64,000 nucleotides of DNA from Hyaloraphidium curvatum SAG 235-1 (lineage: Eukaryota > Fungi > Monoblepharomycota). Each line of letters opens with the position of its first letter. Within the stretch, counting starts at the first letter, position 1. The notes under the pieces were generated by a model. The model saw only the letters and a list, made by a program, of their open reading frames with translations. It made no database searches and was not told the DNA's origin. Below are positions 23,358 through 34,492 of the stretch, piece by piece. The translations under genes and the position numbers were made by a program. The stretch lies in the NCBI GenBank assembly GCA_025558095.1, contig JAIVFI010000018.1, forward strand, positions 558,001-622,000, written 5' to 3'.

Positions 23358-24263
23358 TTATGATTCCCACGAGCCCGTCGGCAGCTCGTGGTCCGCGTAG
23401 CGCTTGATCACCCGCCCGTAGGGCAGGTCGCCCTGGAAGTGGGCATAGATGCCGCGGGTGACCTTGGTAACGCCCATGTACATGTCATTGGCATCCGCAC
23501 CGCTGTCGAACTTGATCGAACCCGGGCCCGAGAACACCTCCGCCTTGCCGTCCACGCCCACGACGGGGTGCGTGTCGAACGTGACGGCGACGAGCTCGGC
23601 GAGGGCCGGTTTTCTGGATCCCGCCGCGTCCGGGATCACGCGCAGGACCAGGAGCGGCACCTTGGAGACGGCCGAGGCGGGTTCGTTCTTCCAGGCCTGC
23701 ACGATGGCCCGGAAGTCGTCGTAGCCGGGCTTGACCTGGAGGACGGCCTCGACCGAGCCGTCGGTGTGGTGCGAGAGCGCGACGCGGTGGGCGCGCTTCT
23801 TCCCGAAGCCGTAGACTTCCCGGCCCACGATCTGCGAGTTCTCGCCCGTGACGTAGCATCCCGGCACGTAGGCAAACAGCTCGCCGCGGTACCGGCAGAG
23901 GATGCCGTTGTACACCTCGGAATACTCCCCCAGCGTGCTCCAGTGGTTGGTCTCGGCGATGAAGAAGCCCGCGGCAGGCTGGACCAGCTCGAGGTCCGAG
24001 GGCAGCACCGAGAGCGCCCAGTCCGCGTCGAGCTCGAGCTCGAGGATCATGGATTCCGTGCGCCGGTAGTACCACGGCCCCTGGAACGCGATGGGCCGCT
24101 GGACGGGCATGAATGGGCCCCAATTCTGGGGCGTCAGGCGGCCGAACAGGGGCGATGCGGTTGCCGTCGCGTTTCGCGCCCGGGAGACGGGAACTTGAGA
24201 ACCGGCGGCGGCGACGCCGACCGCAGCGGCAAGGCAGATCAAAGCCAGAATGCAGGAAGGCAT
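23358..24263 (-). CDS. Acetoacetate decarboxylase (ADC) superfamily protein with N-terminal signal peptide (single exon)
   Basis: VLPSDLEL, GEYSE, GREVYGFGKK (Schiff-base Lys motif), LRVIPD...AELV; signal MPSCILALICLAAAVGVAAA. Confidence 0.82.
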   Translation of the reverse strand: MPSCILALICLAAAVGVAAAGSQVPVSRARNATATASPLFGRLTPQNWGPFMPVQRPIAFQGPWYYRRTESMILELELDADWALSVLPSDLELVQPAAGFFIAETNHWSTLGEYSEVYNGILCRYRGELFAYVPGCYVTGENSQIVGREVYGFGKKRAHRVALSHHTDGSVEAVLQVKPGYDDFRAIVQAWKNEPASAVSKVPLLVLRVIPDAAGSRKPALAELVAVTFDTHPVVGVDGKAEVFSGPGSIKFDSGADANDMYMGVTKVTRGIYAHFQGDLPYGRVIKRYADHELPTGSWES

Positions 24264-24652
24264 GCTGACGCGCGCCTGCTCGGTTGCGGGGCGGCGATGG
24301 TGGTGGAGGGCGCGCGCGCTTCGGGGTGTCTCCCAGTAGCTCTTATCTCCTGGCGTTCGACCCCGTGGATTGTGCTCGTCTATGTCTGTTCACGAGGGCC
24401 TCCTCCGCAGCCTTGACTTATATATTGCTTGATTTTGGGCCCGGAACAGAGGGATGGATGGCCGTGCGTCGCGTCGCAGCCACGCAGCGCAAATACGAAG
24501 ACGCGATTTCCCTGTACGTCGCAAGCTCGCTCCCGAAAGAGCACTAAGCGAGGTTTGGTTACGTTACAATATAGCCAGATGTTTCGTAGGTCCGGTTCTC
24601 CCAGATAGCCCCGCTTTCATCCAGTCTTCAGCCGCGCCCCGACCGACTTCGC

Positions 24653-25610
24653 CTAGTCCCCTTGCAATGCGGAAGTGCCCCGCGGGCGGCCACACCTGCT
24701 CTTGTGGTCGGTCCAGTCCTTCTTCTGGCATTCCGTGCCGCAGTAGGTGGCGATCCGGCAGCGGGAGCACCTTCGCATCGCTTGCTGTGGGAACGACTTA
24801 CGGCAGACGGGGCAGATTGTGGTGGAGATCTGATCGTGCTTCCGTGTCGCCTTCCGCACTGCCTTGTAGCACGGTCCTCGCCGTCCTTCGAGATCGAGGC
24901 CGCACGAGAAAAACGCGGTCACGGCATAGATCTCGCGTTTGCCGTCAAAACCCGTGCCCACGGCCTGGATGAACTGCTGATCCACATACGGGCCACCGCA
25001 GATGATACACTTGTGGTGGAACCGCCCGTCCGGAGTGGAGAAAAAGAGGTTCGTTCGCTCTGCCAGAGATTTCAGTGCAGATCGAGCTCATTCCCGCTTC
25101 GGTGGTCCAGTATCCTCTGTAGAGGTTCACCTCGCAGCTTGCCAGCGTCGTGATTGCGTCCTCCGGCTCTTCGCCCCCTTCCTCTGGTGGCATTCGGCGG
25201 CGCACTCGGAGAACGAGGCGAAGCGCTATCGCGGGAGGCGCTCCGCCGGCCTTGAGACGATGCGACTCGTCCTCCGCCTCCAACACGTCCTTTACTGCCT
25301 CGTAAAAGCACGCAGGAGCCCCGCAGTGTCCGCTCACGTGCCCGGACGCGAGCCGCCCGCGCTTGCCGTCCGAGACCGTGAAGCGCCTCCGAGCGAGGTG
25401 GCGCGGCCGGGTGCCGCACCGGCAGGCTTCCAGCACGTCCAGGGAGATCAAGTCCTCGGCAAAGGCCTCGAGCGCGTCCCGGATCTCCGCACGGTCCCGG
25501 ACCGCACAGGGGCGTTCGAACGTGCACGGCGCGGCCCGGCCAGAGCCCGCAACGACCTCGAGCCGGGGCAGGCAGTCCGTTTTCGTGACATGGAGCGCCA
25601 TTTCCATACG
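24653..25610 (-). pseudogene. MYND zinc-finger protein (frameshift near 25065; start uncertain)
   Basis: C-terminal CPVC...CSRC..TYCGTECQKKDW..HKSRC is the MYND signature; the upstream ORF switches frame without an evident intron. Confidence 0.7.
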
Positions 25611-25677
25611 CTGTAGCCTTATTGGGGCGGTTTCGACGGCGGGAAGTAACGCGTTGAAGAGGGAGCTGCGATCGGCA

Positions 25678-26660
25678 CTTTCGCCCTCTCGATGCTCCAA
25701 ACACTCTACAATACGATCCATTACTCTCCGGTATCATCGCATAACTACCTATCTACTCCGCACTCGCACTCGCATACTTCATTCCGTCGATCGTTCATGT
25801 GCACCGCCAGCGGCAGCCCCGCCTGTTGCAGCGCCAGCCGCACGTCTGCGTCGGCGAGGCGGCGGGGGAGGGCTGGATGGGGGTAGGGGAAGGGGAGGAG
25901 GTGGGCTCGGCGGCGGAAGGGGCGGGAGCCGACGTGGGGGGAGGGGAGGCGGCGGAAGAGGTGGATGCGGAGGCGGGCTGGGCGGTGGAAGATGAGGGAG
26001 CGGAGGCGGTCGCGGTGGCGGGGGGAGGGGCCGAAGAGGAGGGGGAGGGGGCGGGCTGGGTGGGCGAAGGGGCGGGAGCAGAGGAGGGGGGGGAGGGGGA
26101 GGGGAAGAGCCGCAGATCGAGGCCGGGCCGGGGTCGCTGAACGTCGCCGCGAAAGTCTGGGCTGCATGAAAGGATGATCAGCCTCGAATGGCACCCAGCG
26201 GGCGACGGACGTACGGGGCAGTCCGGCCTTCTGGCGCTTTGGTTGTCGCGCGGGAAAGGTACGAGGGGAGCGGACGAGTGCCAAGTCAGCGGTGCGAACG
26301 GCCCAGCAGCCCTCCCGCGGGTGCCTACCGAGGTTCGTCAGGCAGAGCAGGTCCGTGGAAGCCAACGCGGCGAGCGCGGCGAGGAGCGCGGCGGCGAGGA
26401 GGGCGCGGGAGGGCATATCGGCGGCGGCGGGTCGGCGGGCGCGGGGCGCATGAAACGGCGGCGGGCGGCGGCGAGGCGCTGCGCGGAGGCAGACGGAGGG
26501 CGGGGGAGTGATTTAGAGGGGCGTGCAGTAGATGCCGGCTCAGGAGAATCACACTAGGTGAGGGGAGTTGAGTGAGGTGATGGTTCGCGGGCCGTCGATC
26601 GGACGAGGGCGCACCCAAAATCCTCGCCCGCCACCGAGCGCCGCCAAACAAAACAAACAT
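25678..26660. repeat. Inverted segmental duplication, partner of about 41140-42358 (5' flank, gene, 3' flank)
   Basis: Shared stretches such as CCCTCGTCCGATCGACGGCCCGCGA..CATCACCTCACTCAACTCCCCTCAC and GCGGAGTAGATAGGTAG..TGTAGAGT.TTTGGAGCATC on opposite strands. Confidence 0.9.
25795..26416 (-). pseudogene. Internally deleted inverted paralog of the CAP/SCP gene at 41384-42234
   Basis: Same signal peptide and LCLTNL, then QKAGLP jumps directly to the last intron; the first acceptor AG appears lost. The long P/S/T tail and QTCGWRCNRRGCRWRCT* are retained. Confidence 0.8.
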
Positions 26661-28161
26661 TGGAGACTGAAACTTCATTCGTTCGCAGCTTTGAGCCTCG
26701 AAAGCGAATACCCCATGTACGAGCGTTCCATGACAGGAGAGCATCCAGTTGGGGTCGTCACTATCCGAGACAACCTGCCCTGGGGCTCCCGTTCGAAACC
26801 CGCCGGGGTTCCAGAAGTCTGGAGATACCGCGGGCCGGCCGGAATGTACCGATCTGCCCGACCCGCCCCAACCGGGAACACCGTTCCGCGCGCCTGTCAC
26901 GTGCTTCCCCCCCGGGCCGTGCCCGTTCCGCCATCCCCAAGGTCCCGTGCGCTTCCGGCTCCGGGCCCTTGTCCGCGTCGCGGCCGGCTGCAACGAGACT
27001 CCGCAGCGATATGTCCGCGAAGCGGGAGCCTCCGTCCGAAATGGGCCGGCCGGCGGTGCAAACAGCCCGCGCGAAGCCTGGGGCTTCGCCGCCGCCCGTG
27101 GGCTTCCGGCGTCGCTCCCCTCCCCCATCGGGGCTTTGTTTCGGGGTCAGATGATCTAGGGACCGTCGGTGTGGCGTGGGGCGGTGCGCGCTGACATGGC
27201 GGTGCTGCCAAGGGGCGCGGAGGACGGAGGCGCAGGACCCTTGCTGGCCGTGCGGCATCTCGGCGTGGGTGGGTGGAGCGGGGTGGAGCGGTGCATGGTT
27301 GGGGAGCGGGAGCATCGGGTGGGGTTGAGGGAGGGAGGAGGGGGAGAATCGTTGCGTGGGACGGGGCAGAGTTGGGGACGGGGGCGCGAGTCGGGGGTTG
27401 GGATCGATGGGCGCGGGACAGGGGGACGCGGGCGGATGAGGAGCGGATCGGACGATTGGATGCACAGGGGATCGATCTTCCTCCTTGCCTGGTCGCCGTT
27501 GTCGGATGCGGCCCGCTGTGCAGGGAAAGCAATCCGGCGCAAAGCCAAAAGCCCTTGGTGCCGATCCCCATGGCCCGTGCACCGGCCCAGTGCCTTCTTT
27601 GGCCGCAAGGGGACGTATCGATGTCCAGATCGGCGTGTCCGGTCCTCGAAAAGTGCATGTGAAGGGTGGGGGCGGCTTGAGTCAAACGGCCGGGCAGCGC
27701 GGCACCGCCCGGCAGGAAAACCAGGACCAGGTGGGACGCCGGCGTCAGCACGCCTGAACGCGCCGGGGGTGGCCGCGGTCGCAAGATCTCGTGAGGGATA
27801 ACTCATGGGGACCCGGGCGAAGCTTGCCCAGGCCCCCGGGCCGTTCACCGCCGGCAGAGGCCGCGAGCGAACGGGGCACAGCCCAGGGGCGGTGCGGCAT
27901 CTCCTATTCTCTTTCGGTGTCCCTGAAAAAAAGAGTGCGTGAGCCCAGAACAAGTTCGTCACCCGCTTTCCCTGCCCCGACGTTCACTCGGCTTCCCACA
28001 TCGCACACCTCGCGGCGCCGGATCCCTCCGCGCCGCCTCGCCACCCGCGCGCCCGCCCGGCAGCGCGCCCACTCCGCGCGGCGCCCGCCGCAGCTTTTTC
28101 CCCAACCCCGACGACCGCCGACCGCCGGCCGGCGCCCCGCGGCCCCGCCCGCCCCGCCGCG

Positions 28162-30139
28162 ATGCGATCGCCCGCGCGCGCGCTCGCCGCCGCTCTGCTC
28201 GCCGTCTGCTGGGCGGCGGCGGCCGCGGCGTCGCCCGTGACCGACTGGAACGCCCTCGCGCGGCGGCTCATTGTCGACACGAGCACCGTGCCGCCCCGCG
28301 CCTCGTACGCCCTCGCGCTCCTGCACGGCGCCGTGTTCGACACCGTCAACGGCATCTCGCCGCGCTACGCCTACTACCGTGTGCCGCGCACGGCCGCCGC
28401 CGTCGGCGCGGGCATCGACTCGGCTGTGGCCGCCGCCGCTCGCACCGTGCTGCTGGCGCGGTTCCCCTCGCGGGCTGCTACAATCAACTCGACATACGAC
28501 GCCAAGCTGCTCCTGGCCGGCGAGTCGGCGGAGCAGTCGGCTGCCGGCGTGGCCTGGGGCACCTACGTCGCCACCACGCTGCTGGGCCTGCGCGCCAACG
28601 ACGGCTCGAACGCCGCACCCGACTACACACCCGGCACCGCACCCGGCGACTGGTGGGCCTCCTGCGTGCGTCCGCTTTTCCCGCTCCCCGCTCATCCCCA
28701 GCTTAGGCGCCCGAGGACCGGCCAGAACGCGCTGCTGCCAGGGTGGGGCAATGTGACCCCCTTCGGCGTGCCCGCCATCCCCGGCGGCCAGGACGAGGAC
28801 GGCAGCGACGACGATCCCGAGGAGGAGGACGAGGACTCGCCCCCCTACGCCGTCCTCCGCCCGCCCAACGCCATCACCGGCGCGAGGTTCGCCGCGGAGC
28901 TCACCGAGGTCGCCACCCTCGGCCGCTTCGACTCGGCCGCCCGCACGCAGGACCAGACCTTCATCGCCAAGTTCTGGGCCCAGAACGCCGGCACCACGAC
29001 CCCGCCCGGCATCTGGAACACCATCGCCGCCACCGTGCTCGAACAGCAGGCCGCCGCGGGCAAGAAATGGTCACTCGCCAACGAGGCCCGGCTGTTCCTC
29101 CTCCTCACCATCTCGCAGGCCGATGCGGCCATCTCGTGCTGGTGGACCAAGTACAACTTCAACAGCTGTGGGCACGCATATCGCATGCACCGCCCCGCAG
29201 GCACGCTGACATGCATGCATCCCAGGGCGCCCCATTGCCGCCGCCCAGGAATCGAGCACAGTCGTCGGCGCTCACCCCTCTCTCCCCCCCTCGGACCCCA
29301 CCTGGCGCCCCCTCCTCGCCACCCCGCCCTTCCCCTCCTACACCTCGGGCCACTCGACCTTCTCTTCGGCCTCAGCGCAGATGCTCGCCCAGTGGTTCGG
29401 CACCGACGACGTGTCCTTCACCGCATCCAGCGAGTGGGGAACCCAATTCCCCGGCGACCCCGTCCCAGACCGCTCCTATTCCTCCTTCTCCTCCGCTGCG
29501 GCTGAGGCCGGCCAGTCGCGGATCTACGGCGGCATCCACTTCCAGGAGGACAACGTGCAGGGCTCCCGCGTCGGCCGCCGCATCGCACGGTACAGCTTCC
29601 GGAAGCTCGCCCGGCCGATCCGCGTCGCCTGCCCGACCTTCGTCATCGGCGCGACCAACTCGCAGCCCGACTCGGCGGTCGGCATCCCCTCATGGACCGA
29701 CACCAGGTGCGACGCGCCCCTGAACAGGGGCGGCGCGCGGATCGTGCTGCAGGCGACGGGGGAACGGCCAAAGCAGTCGTGCAACTCGCGGTCCGGGTTC
29801 AGCTACTACGACAACGACGCCGGCGAGTGGGTCCGGTTCTCGGGGCAGATGAACTTGTGCGTATTCCCTCTTTGCTCCCCCGCGCGACGCATCGGCTCAC
29901 CCGATCCGCCCCCGTTCAGCTACGCCACGGGCTACAACATCCAGCGGCGCAACTGCCAGCAGACCCCCAAATCCGCCACCGACGCCCTCACCGGCCGCCT
30001 GCTCCGCCTGCGCATCACGTGCAGCAACGGCGACGACGACGGGTTCGCGTACTTCTACTGGGGCACCGCCGCCAACGCCGGGGACATCGAGGGCGTGCCG
30101 CAGGTGCAGTGCCAGGACGGGCTGCTGGTGTGGCCGTGA
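28162..30139 (+). CDS. Secreted vanadium-dependent haloperoxidase / PAP2 superfamily enzyme (multi-exon)
   Basis: Signal peptide, VTDWN, RANDGS, PGWGNVTPF, PPGIWN, DAAISCWWTKY, TPPFPSYTSGHSTF, SRIYGGIHF (vanadate-binding motifs); Cys-containing C-terminal extension. Confidence 0.88.
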
Positions 30140-30253
30140 AGCCCGCAAGGCGGTGGGATGTACATAGAAGGACTGTGTCGAGACGAGTCGAGGTTGATAC
30201 AGAGCATTGGCATCTCCTCTTTGCCCTCCCCTGGGCCGTCGGTGTTGTGACCG

Positions 30254-31266
30254 CTACGACAGCGGCGCGCCCCAGGCCCTGGCCCCCCTTGCCGCGTGCC
30301 ACCCCATCCGCAGGACGCGCATCGCCTCTTCCGGCCCCACGTTGACCAGCACCGGGTTCTCGGCCGTGATGCTGCGGTCCGAGAGCGCGGCAATGTCCCG
30401 CTCGAGCTGGCGCATGCGGTCCTCGAGCCCTTGCTTCCTGCCCGCGCGCGGATCAGCTTCGCCAGGCATCCGCGGCGGGAGGACAAGGAGACTAACCTCC
30501 TGATCTTGCCCACGGTGTCCGCCACCATCCCCAGGCGTCCGTACTCCCCCTCCGCCTTCCTTAGATTCTCCCTCAGGCCGTCGAGCATCCCCATCCTGAC
30601 GTCCTCGGGCAGCGGCGCCAGCCCCTGCCGCGCCAGCGCCTCCTCCGCGTCCCTCCGCGCCTTTTCCTGCGCCTCGAGGGCCGCGGCCTCGGATTCGCGA
30701 CGGAAGCGGAGGAGGTACGAGGGCGCGCGGCCGTACTCGGGCTTGCGGACAAAGAACCGCTCCTGCGGCTTCTCCGGCGGCTCTGTACCATGCCGCGCGT
30801 CAGCGTTCCTGGTTTTGCGGAGGGGGGAGAGAGGGGGGACCCACTCGCGGCGTCGGCCTCGACCATGTTGCCCGCGACCCAGTCCACCTCCTTCGGGGGC
30901 CTGAGGAGCCCCGGTTCCTTGGGCAGCGGCGGCTTGCGCACCGTCCTGTCGCGCTCATGTTTCTCCGCTAACCCCGCGGGATCGTCAGCCCCCCTCGATT
31001 GCGGCCCGCGAACGGCAATACCGACCCCCTTCGAACCTCCTCGCCCCGACGCCCTTCCTCAGCCACTCCCCCGCCTGCACCGTGCCCTTGTAATCCGGCA
31101 GCCCGAACATGTCCCGTTCGTGCTTGCGCGCCTTGGCCTCGCGGCGGACGGCGTCGGAGTACTGCGATTTGTAGAGCTTGCGCGGGGGGGAGAGGGAGGG
31201 GGCGGAGGAGGACGCGGGGGAGGGGGGGGAGGGGCGTTTCGCGGGGTTGGGTGGTGGGGGGACCAT
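30254..31266 (-). CDS. ENKUR: Enkurin-domain protein (spliced)
   Basis: WLRKG, KPPLP, KPEYGRAPSYL, R..MLDGLRENL...EYGRL..VADTVGKIRRKQGLEDRMRQLERDI. Confidence 0.72.
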
Positions 31267-31396
31267 GGTAGTCGTAGAGTGGAGGGGCGATGGAGGGAGG
31301 GAGGAGCGGGAACGGGCTCGGAATTGCGGGAAACGATGGAGGATGGCGCGATCGGAGTTGGAGCTGGCAAATAAGTCAACATCGCAACCCGTCGCG

Positions 31397-32785
31397 ATGT
31401 CGCCTGCGCCGCTGGGCCGCCTCGCTTGCCAGCGCGATTCGCTCCGGCGCACTCTGTCCACGATTGTCGCGTCCTGTGAACCCGATGGCTCCGGACGGTG
31501 GAGGATCTCCCTGGACGACACGGTCATCTTCCCGACCGGCGGCGGGCAGCCCAACGACCTCGGCACGATCGCCGCCGCCGACGGATCGGCCTCCGCCGCC
31601 GTGCTCGACTCGCTGAGGCTGCGCGGCCGCGCGGTGCATGTTTGCGACGCGCCGCTCGACCCCGGCACGCGGGTCGAGGCCAGTGTCGACTGGCCGCGGA
31701 GGACCGACCACATGCAGCAGCACTCTTCCCAGCATCTGCTCAGCGCCATTGCGTGGCGCCAGTTCGGGTGGGAAACCGTCGGGTGGACGCTCAGCCCGCG
31801 TGGCAGGTGCGTCGTGGAGTTTGCCTCGTCGCCCGGGAAGCAGGCGCCCGACGCTGCGGGGCTGGCGGAGCTCGAGCGGCTGGCCAACGCGGCGATCCTC
31901 GACGCGCGGCCGGTCATCGTCGAGGAGGCGGTCACGGACCCCGCGCTGTTCCGATCCAGGGAGGGCGCCCCCTCCGACGACGCCAAGCAGCCCGCCGCGG
32001 ACGAGGAGAAGGGCGAGCTGCGCTACGTCCGCATCGAGGGCCACGACATCAACCCGTGCTGCGGCACCCACGTGCCCAACCTGTCGATGCTGCAGCTGGT
32101 CAAGATCGTGGGCCACGAGGGCTCCGCACGGGCCGCCAAGGGCGGCAAGGAGAAGACGGCCAACGCGAGGGTGTTTTTCGTCGCGGGGAACAGGGCGCTG
32201 GAGCACTATTCCTCCCTGGTGGACCTGACGAGGGAGCTGGCTGCCATGACAAAGGGCACCGTCGAAGGCCTACCCGACGCCTTCCGCCGCCTCATGGACG
32301 CCCAGCGTGCCGCAACCAAGGAGCTCGCCAAGCACCGCGAATCCGCCGCCAACCGGACCGCCGCCGCCGCCGCCGACCTCCTCTCCCAGGGTGTGCCCGC
32401 GGCCGTGGTGCTCCTGCACGAAACCAACCCCGCCGCCGCGCAGGCCGCGTCGGACTCGATCTCCCTGCTACCACCGGCCCTCCGCCGCCTGCTGCCTTCC
32501 CCTCCCACGGGCGCCCTCTTGGTTCTCGCCGCTCTCCCAGAAAAGGGCAGCGCCAAGGACGCCCCGCTGCTCGTCCTGGGCGCGGACGCGGCGGCAGAGT
32601 CGTTTGCAGCTTTTGTCACGGAGCAGGCGGGGGTCAAGGGCGGTGTTGTGCCGGGAAAGGACGGGTGGAACTTCTGGCGGGGAAAATGGACAGGCGATGG
32701 TGTGACGGCCAAGGCGTTCGAGCGGTTGCTGGGGGAGTGGGAAAAGGCGTGCGGGACTGGAGTAAAGAGGCTGGGGTGGTCCTGA
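31397..32785 (+). CDS. AlaX-type alanyl-tRNA editing protein (AARSD1-like)
   Basis: LACQRDS, DTVIFPTGGGQPND, HMQQHSSQH, NPCCGTH zinc-binding editing motifs; divergent from enkurin across about 130 bp. Confidence 0.92.
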   Translation: MSPAPLGRLACQRDSLRRTLSTIVASCEPDGSGRWRISLDDTVIFPTGGGQPNDLGTIAAADGSASAAVLDSLRLRGRAVHVCDAPLDPGTRVEASVDWPRRTDHMQQHSSQHLLSAIAWRQFGWETVGWTLSPRGRCVVEFASSPGKQAPDAAGLAELERLANAAILDARPVIVEEAVTDPALFRSREGAPSDDAKQPAADEEKGELRYVRIEGHDINPCCGTHVPNLSMLQLVKIVGHEGSARAAKGGKEKTANARVFFVAGNRALEHYSSLVDLTRELAAMTKGTVEGLPDAFRRLMDAQRAATKELAKHRESAANRTAAAAADLLSQGVPAAVVLLHETNPAAAQAASDSISLLPPALRRLLPSPPTGALLVLAALPEKGSAKDAPLLVLGADAAAESFAAFVTEQAGVKGGVVPGKDGWNFWRGKWTGDGVTAKAFERLLGEWEKACGTGVKRLGWS

Positions 32786-32906
32786 CTACCGATTAAATGC
32801 AACGGGAACGGCCAAGATCTTTTCGGAATGCGTGATGGATGGCACAGATGACCTTCCTGCTCGCGAGCGTGCTGATGCTCGTAGAGGTGCAGGTGCGGCG
32901 CGCACA

Positions 32907-32972
32907 GCCAGGAGAGAAGTGGGATCGACAGGGGCGTGGCGTGTACTGCCAGGAGAGAAATGGGATCGACAG
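32907..32972. repeat. 25-bp direct repeat (GCCAGGAGAGAA[G/A]TGGGATCGACAG), 41-bp period
   Basis: Two copies at 32907 and 32948 with one mismatch. Confidence 0.85.
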
Positions 32973-33172
32973 TGACATGTGCAGAGAGCGTGCTTGGGAC
33001 CAGGGGCCGGACGGAGCATTCCTAGTGGTGCTTCTGGGTATCTAATACTGGTCCGCAAGACCCCAGGCAGTATGAACTGCACAGAGCCAGCCGCGGCTCG
33101 CTGCCGGCGTCCACACACGCCCACTACACGTGCGCTTCAGCACCGAGCTCATCCGGCACCATTGCGCGGCCC

Positions 33173-33709
33173 TCAGTACTCCGTGTCGTTTCCGCACGTT
33201 CCGCCTTGCGGGCCGTTGTCGAGAATGAACTGCGTGTCGATCTGGTCCAGCGCAACGACCTCGTTGCCGACGCCGCACGCGGAGTTGCGATAGAGAGCCG
33301 CGGTGCCCGCGGAAAGATCCAGCACCACCCCGTCGCCGCTCAGGAACGAAAACTGCCTCGCGTTATAGCTCTGGGAGCACCACGCGTTGTCCTCGAAGAA
33401 GTCCGATGCGGGGGCGACGACGAACACCTGCGGGTCGCAGAAGGAGCCGGTGCCTCCCTGGTACCAGCAAGCCTTGGCACCCGGCTGTATGACGGCATAG
33501 AATGCGTTGCCGGCCCCTATGGCGTTGTCGCAGGAGCACACCTGGGTCTCGATGTTGCCCGGGCTGACCTGGGGGGTGAGGATCCCCGCCCGACCGGTGT
33601 CGAAGACGGTAATTGCAAAAGCGTTGGGGTTGTAGAAGCAGAAGGCGTCGGCGGACGACGCGAGGGCGAGGACGGCCAGGAAGGCCGCGAGGGCGGTGAG
33701 GGCGCGCAT
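33173..33709 (-). CDS. Small secreted cysteine-rich protein of unknown family
   Basis: Signal MRALTALAAFLAVLALASSADA followed by FCFYN...; multiple Cys; clean ORF, possibly with an in-frame intron. Confidence 0.72.
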   Translation of the reverse strand: MRALTALAAFLAVLALASSADAFCFYNPNAFAITVFDTGRAGILTPQVSPGNIETQVCSCDNAIGAGNAFYAVIQPGAKACWYQGGTGSFCDPQVFVVAPASDFFEDNAWCSQSYNARQFSFLSGDGVVLDLSAGTAALYRNSACGVGNEVVALDQIDTQFILDNGPQGGTCGNDTEY

Positions 33710-34492
33710 GTCGTTGTTCAGTTTCTTGTGACGGGGCATCGGGGCCAACTCCGTGCCTTAAGAAGTGTCTGCTGTGTCATTGCTGGGTTTCTGCGGAACC
33801 GGATAGACCGCGGAGTGGCTCGGCGGGCAGTGCCAGGGACGCTTCGACGGGAAGCTGCGCCACGCGCTCCGGACCCTTGAGTCCCTAGGGACCTCGCCCT
33901 TGGCACCTCTCTCAACGCTCCACACGGACCAAAACACACGTTTGGTCACTCCAAACACCGATGTTCGCACAGATTCGCAGGCTGATGTCCCGCCTCGCGC
34001 TGCCCGCCCTCGCCGTCGCCTTCGTGGCCTCGGGCCTTCTTTTGGGGCCCTCCCCACCTGTGGGCGTCCGAGCCCGGCCCAGCGTGCCCCCCCGGCCAGA
34101 TCAAGTGTTTCAAGAGAAGACAGTACAAAGCGTTCGTTCTCGTCCAGTGCTCGGACGGCACATGCGCCCCCGTTGAGGCCTTTTGTGACCTGCCCAGGTC
34201 GCCTTGCCCCTCGGCGAACCGCTGCCGCCTTCCCCGCCCGCCAAGTGTGGCGCGCCCCCGACTTCAGGCGCGTGCAGCGCGCCCAACAGGGTTGCGAACC
34301 ACCTGCAAACTTGCCAGCAGATTGGGGGGCAGTGGTCCCCGATCATGACCGGGGGCCCTGTTTCGCACGCGTGATAAACCGTGTACGACGGTTTGCAAGG
34401 TCCAAAATGATTCATTTCGCGTGCGTCTATTTGGTGGAGGCATCTCAAGGCCTGCCTCGACCGGTCCCATACCCGTCCAAAACCCGCATCGG

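Noticed and set aside
25680-25721. ATG at 25721 as the start of the MYND gene
   Set aside because: This stretch is homologous to the 3' flank of the CAP gene (42310-42358), so it belongs to the duplicated segment rather than to the MYND coding region.
26660-28100. Overlapping 130-295 aa ORFs
   Set aside because: Low-complexity Pro/Arg/Gly translations with no consistent frame, motif or splice structure.
32890-32980. CRISPR-like repeat-spacer pattern
   Set aside because: Only two 25-bp copies with a 16-bp gap, no cas genes, eukaryotic context.
33900-34480. Putative small gene downstream of SEC7
   Set aside because: A short hydrophobic stretch only; no coherent ORF or recognisable domain.
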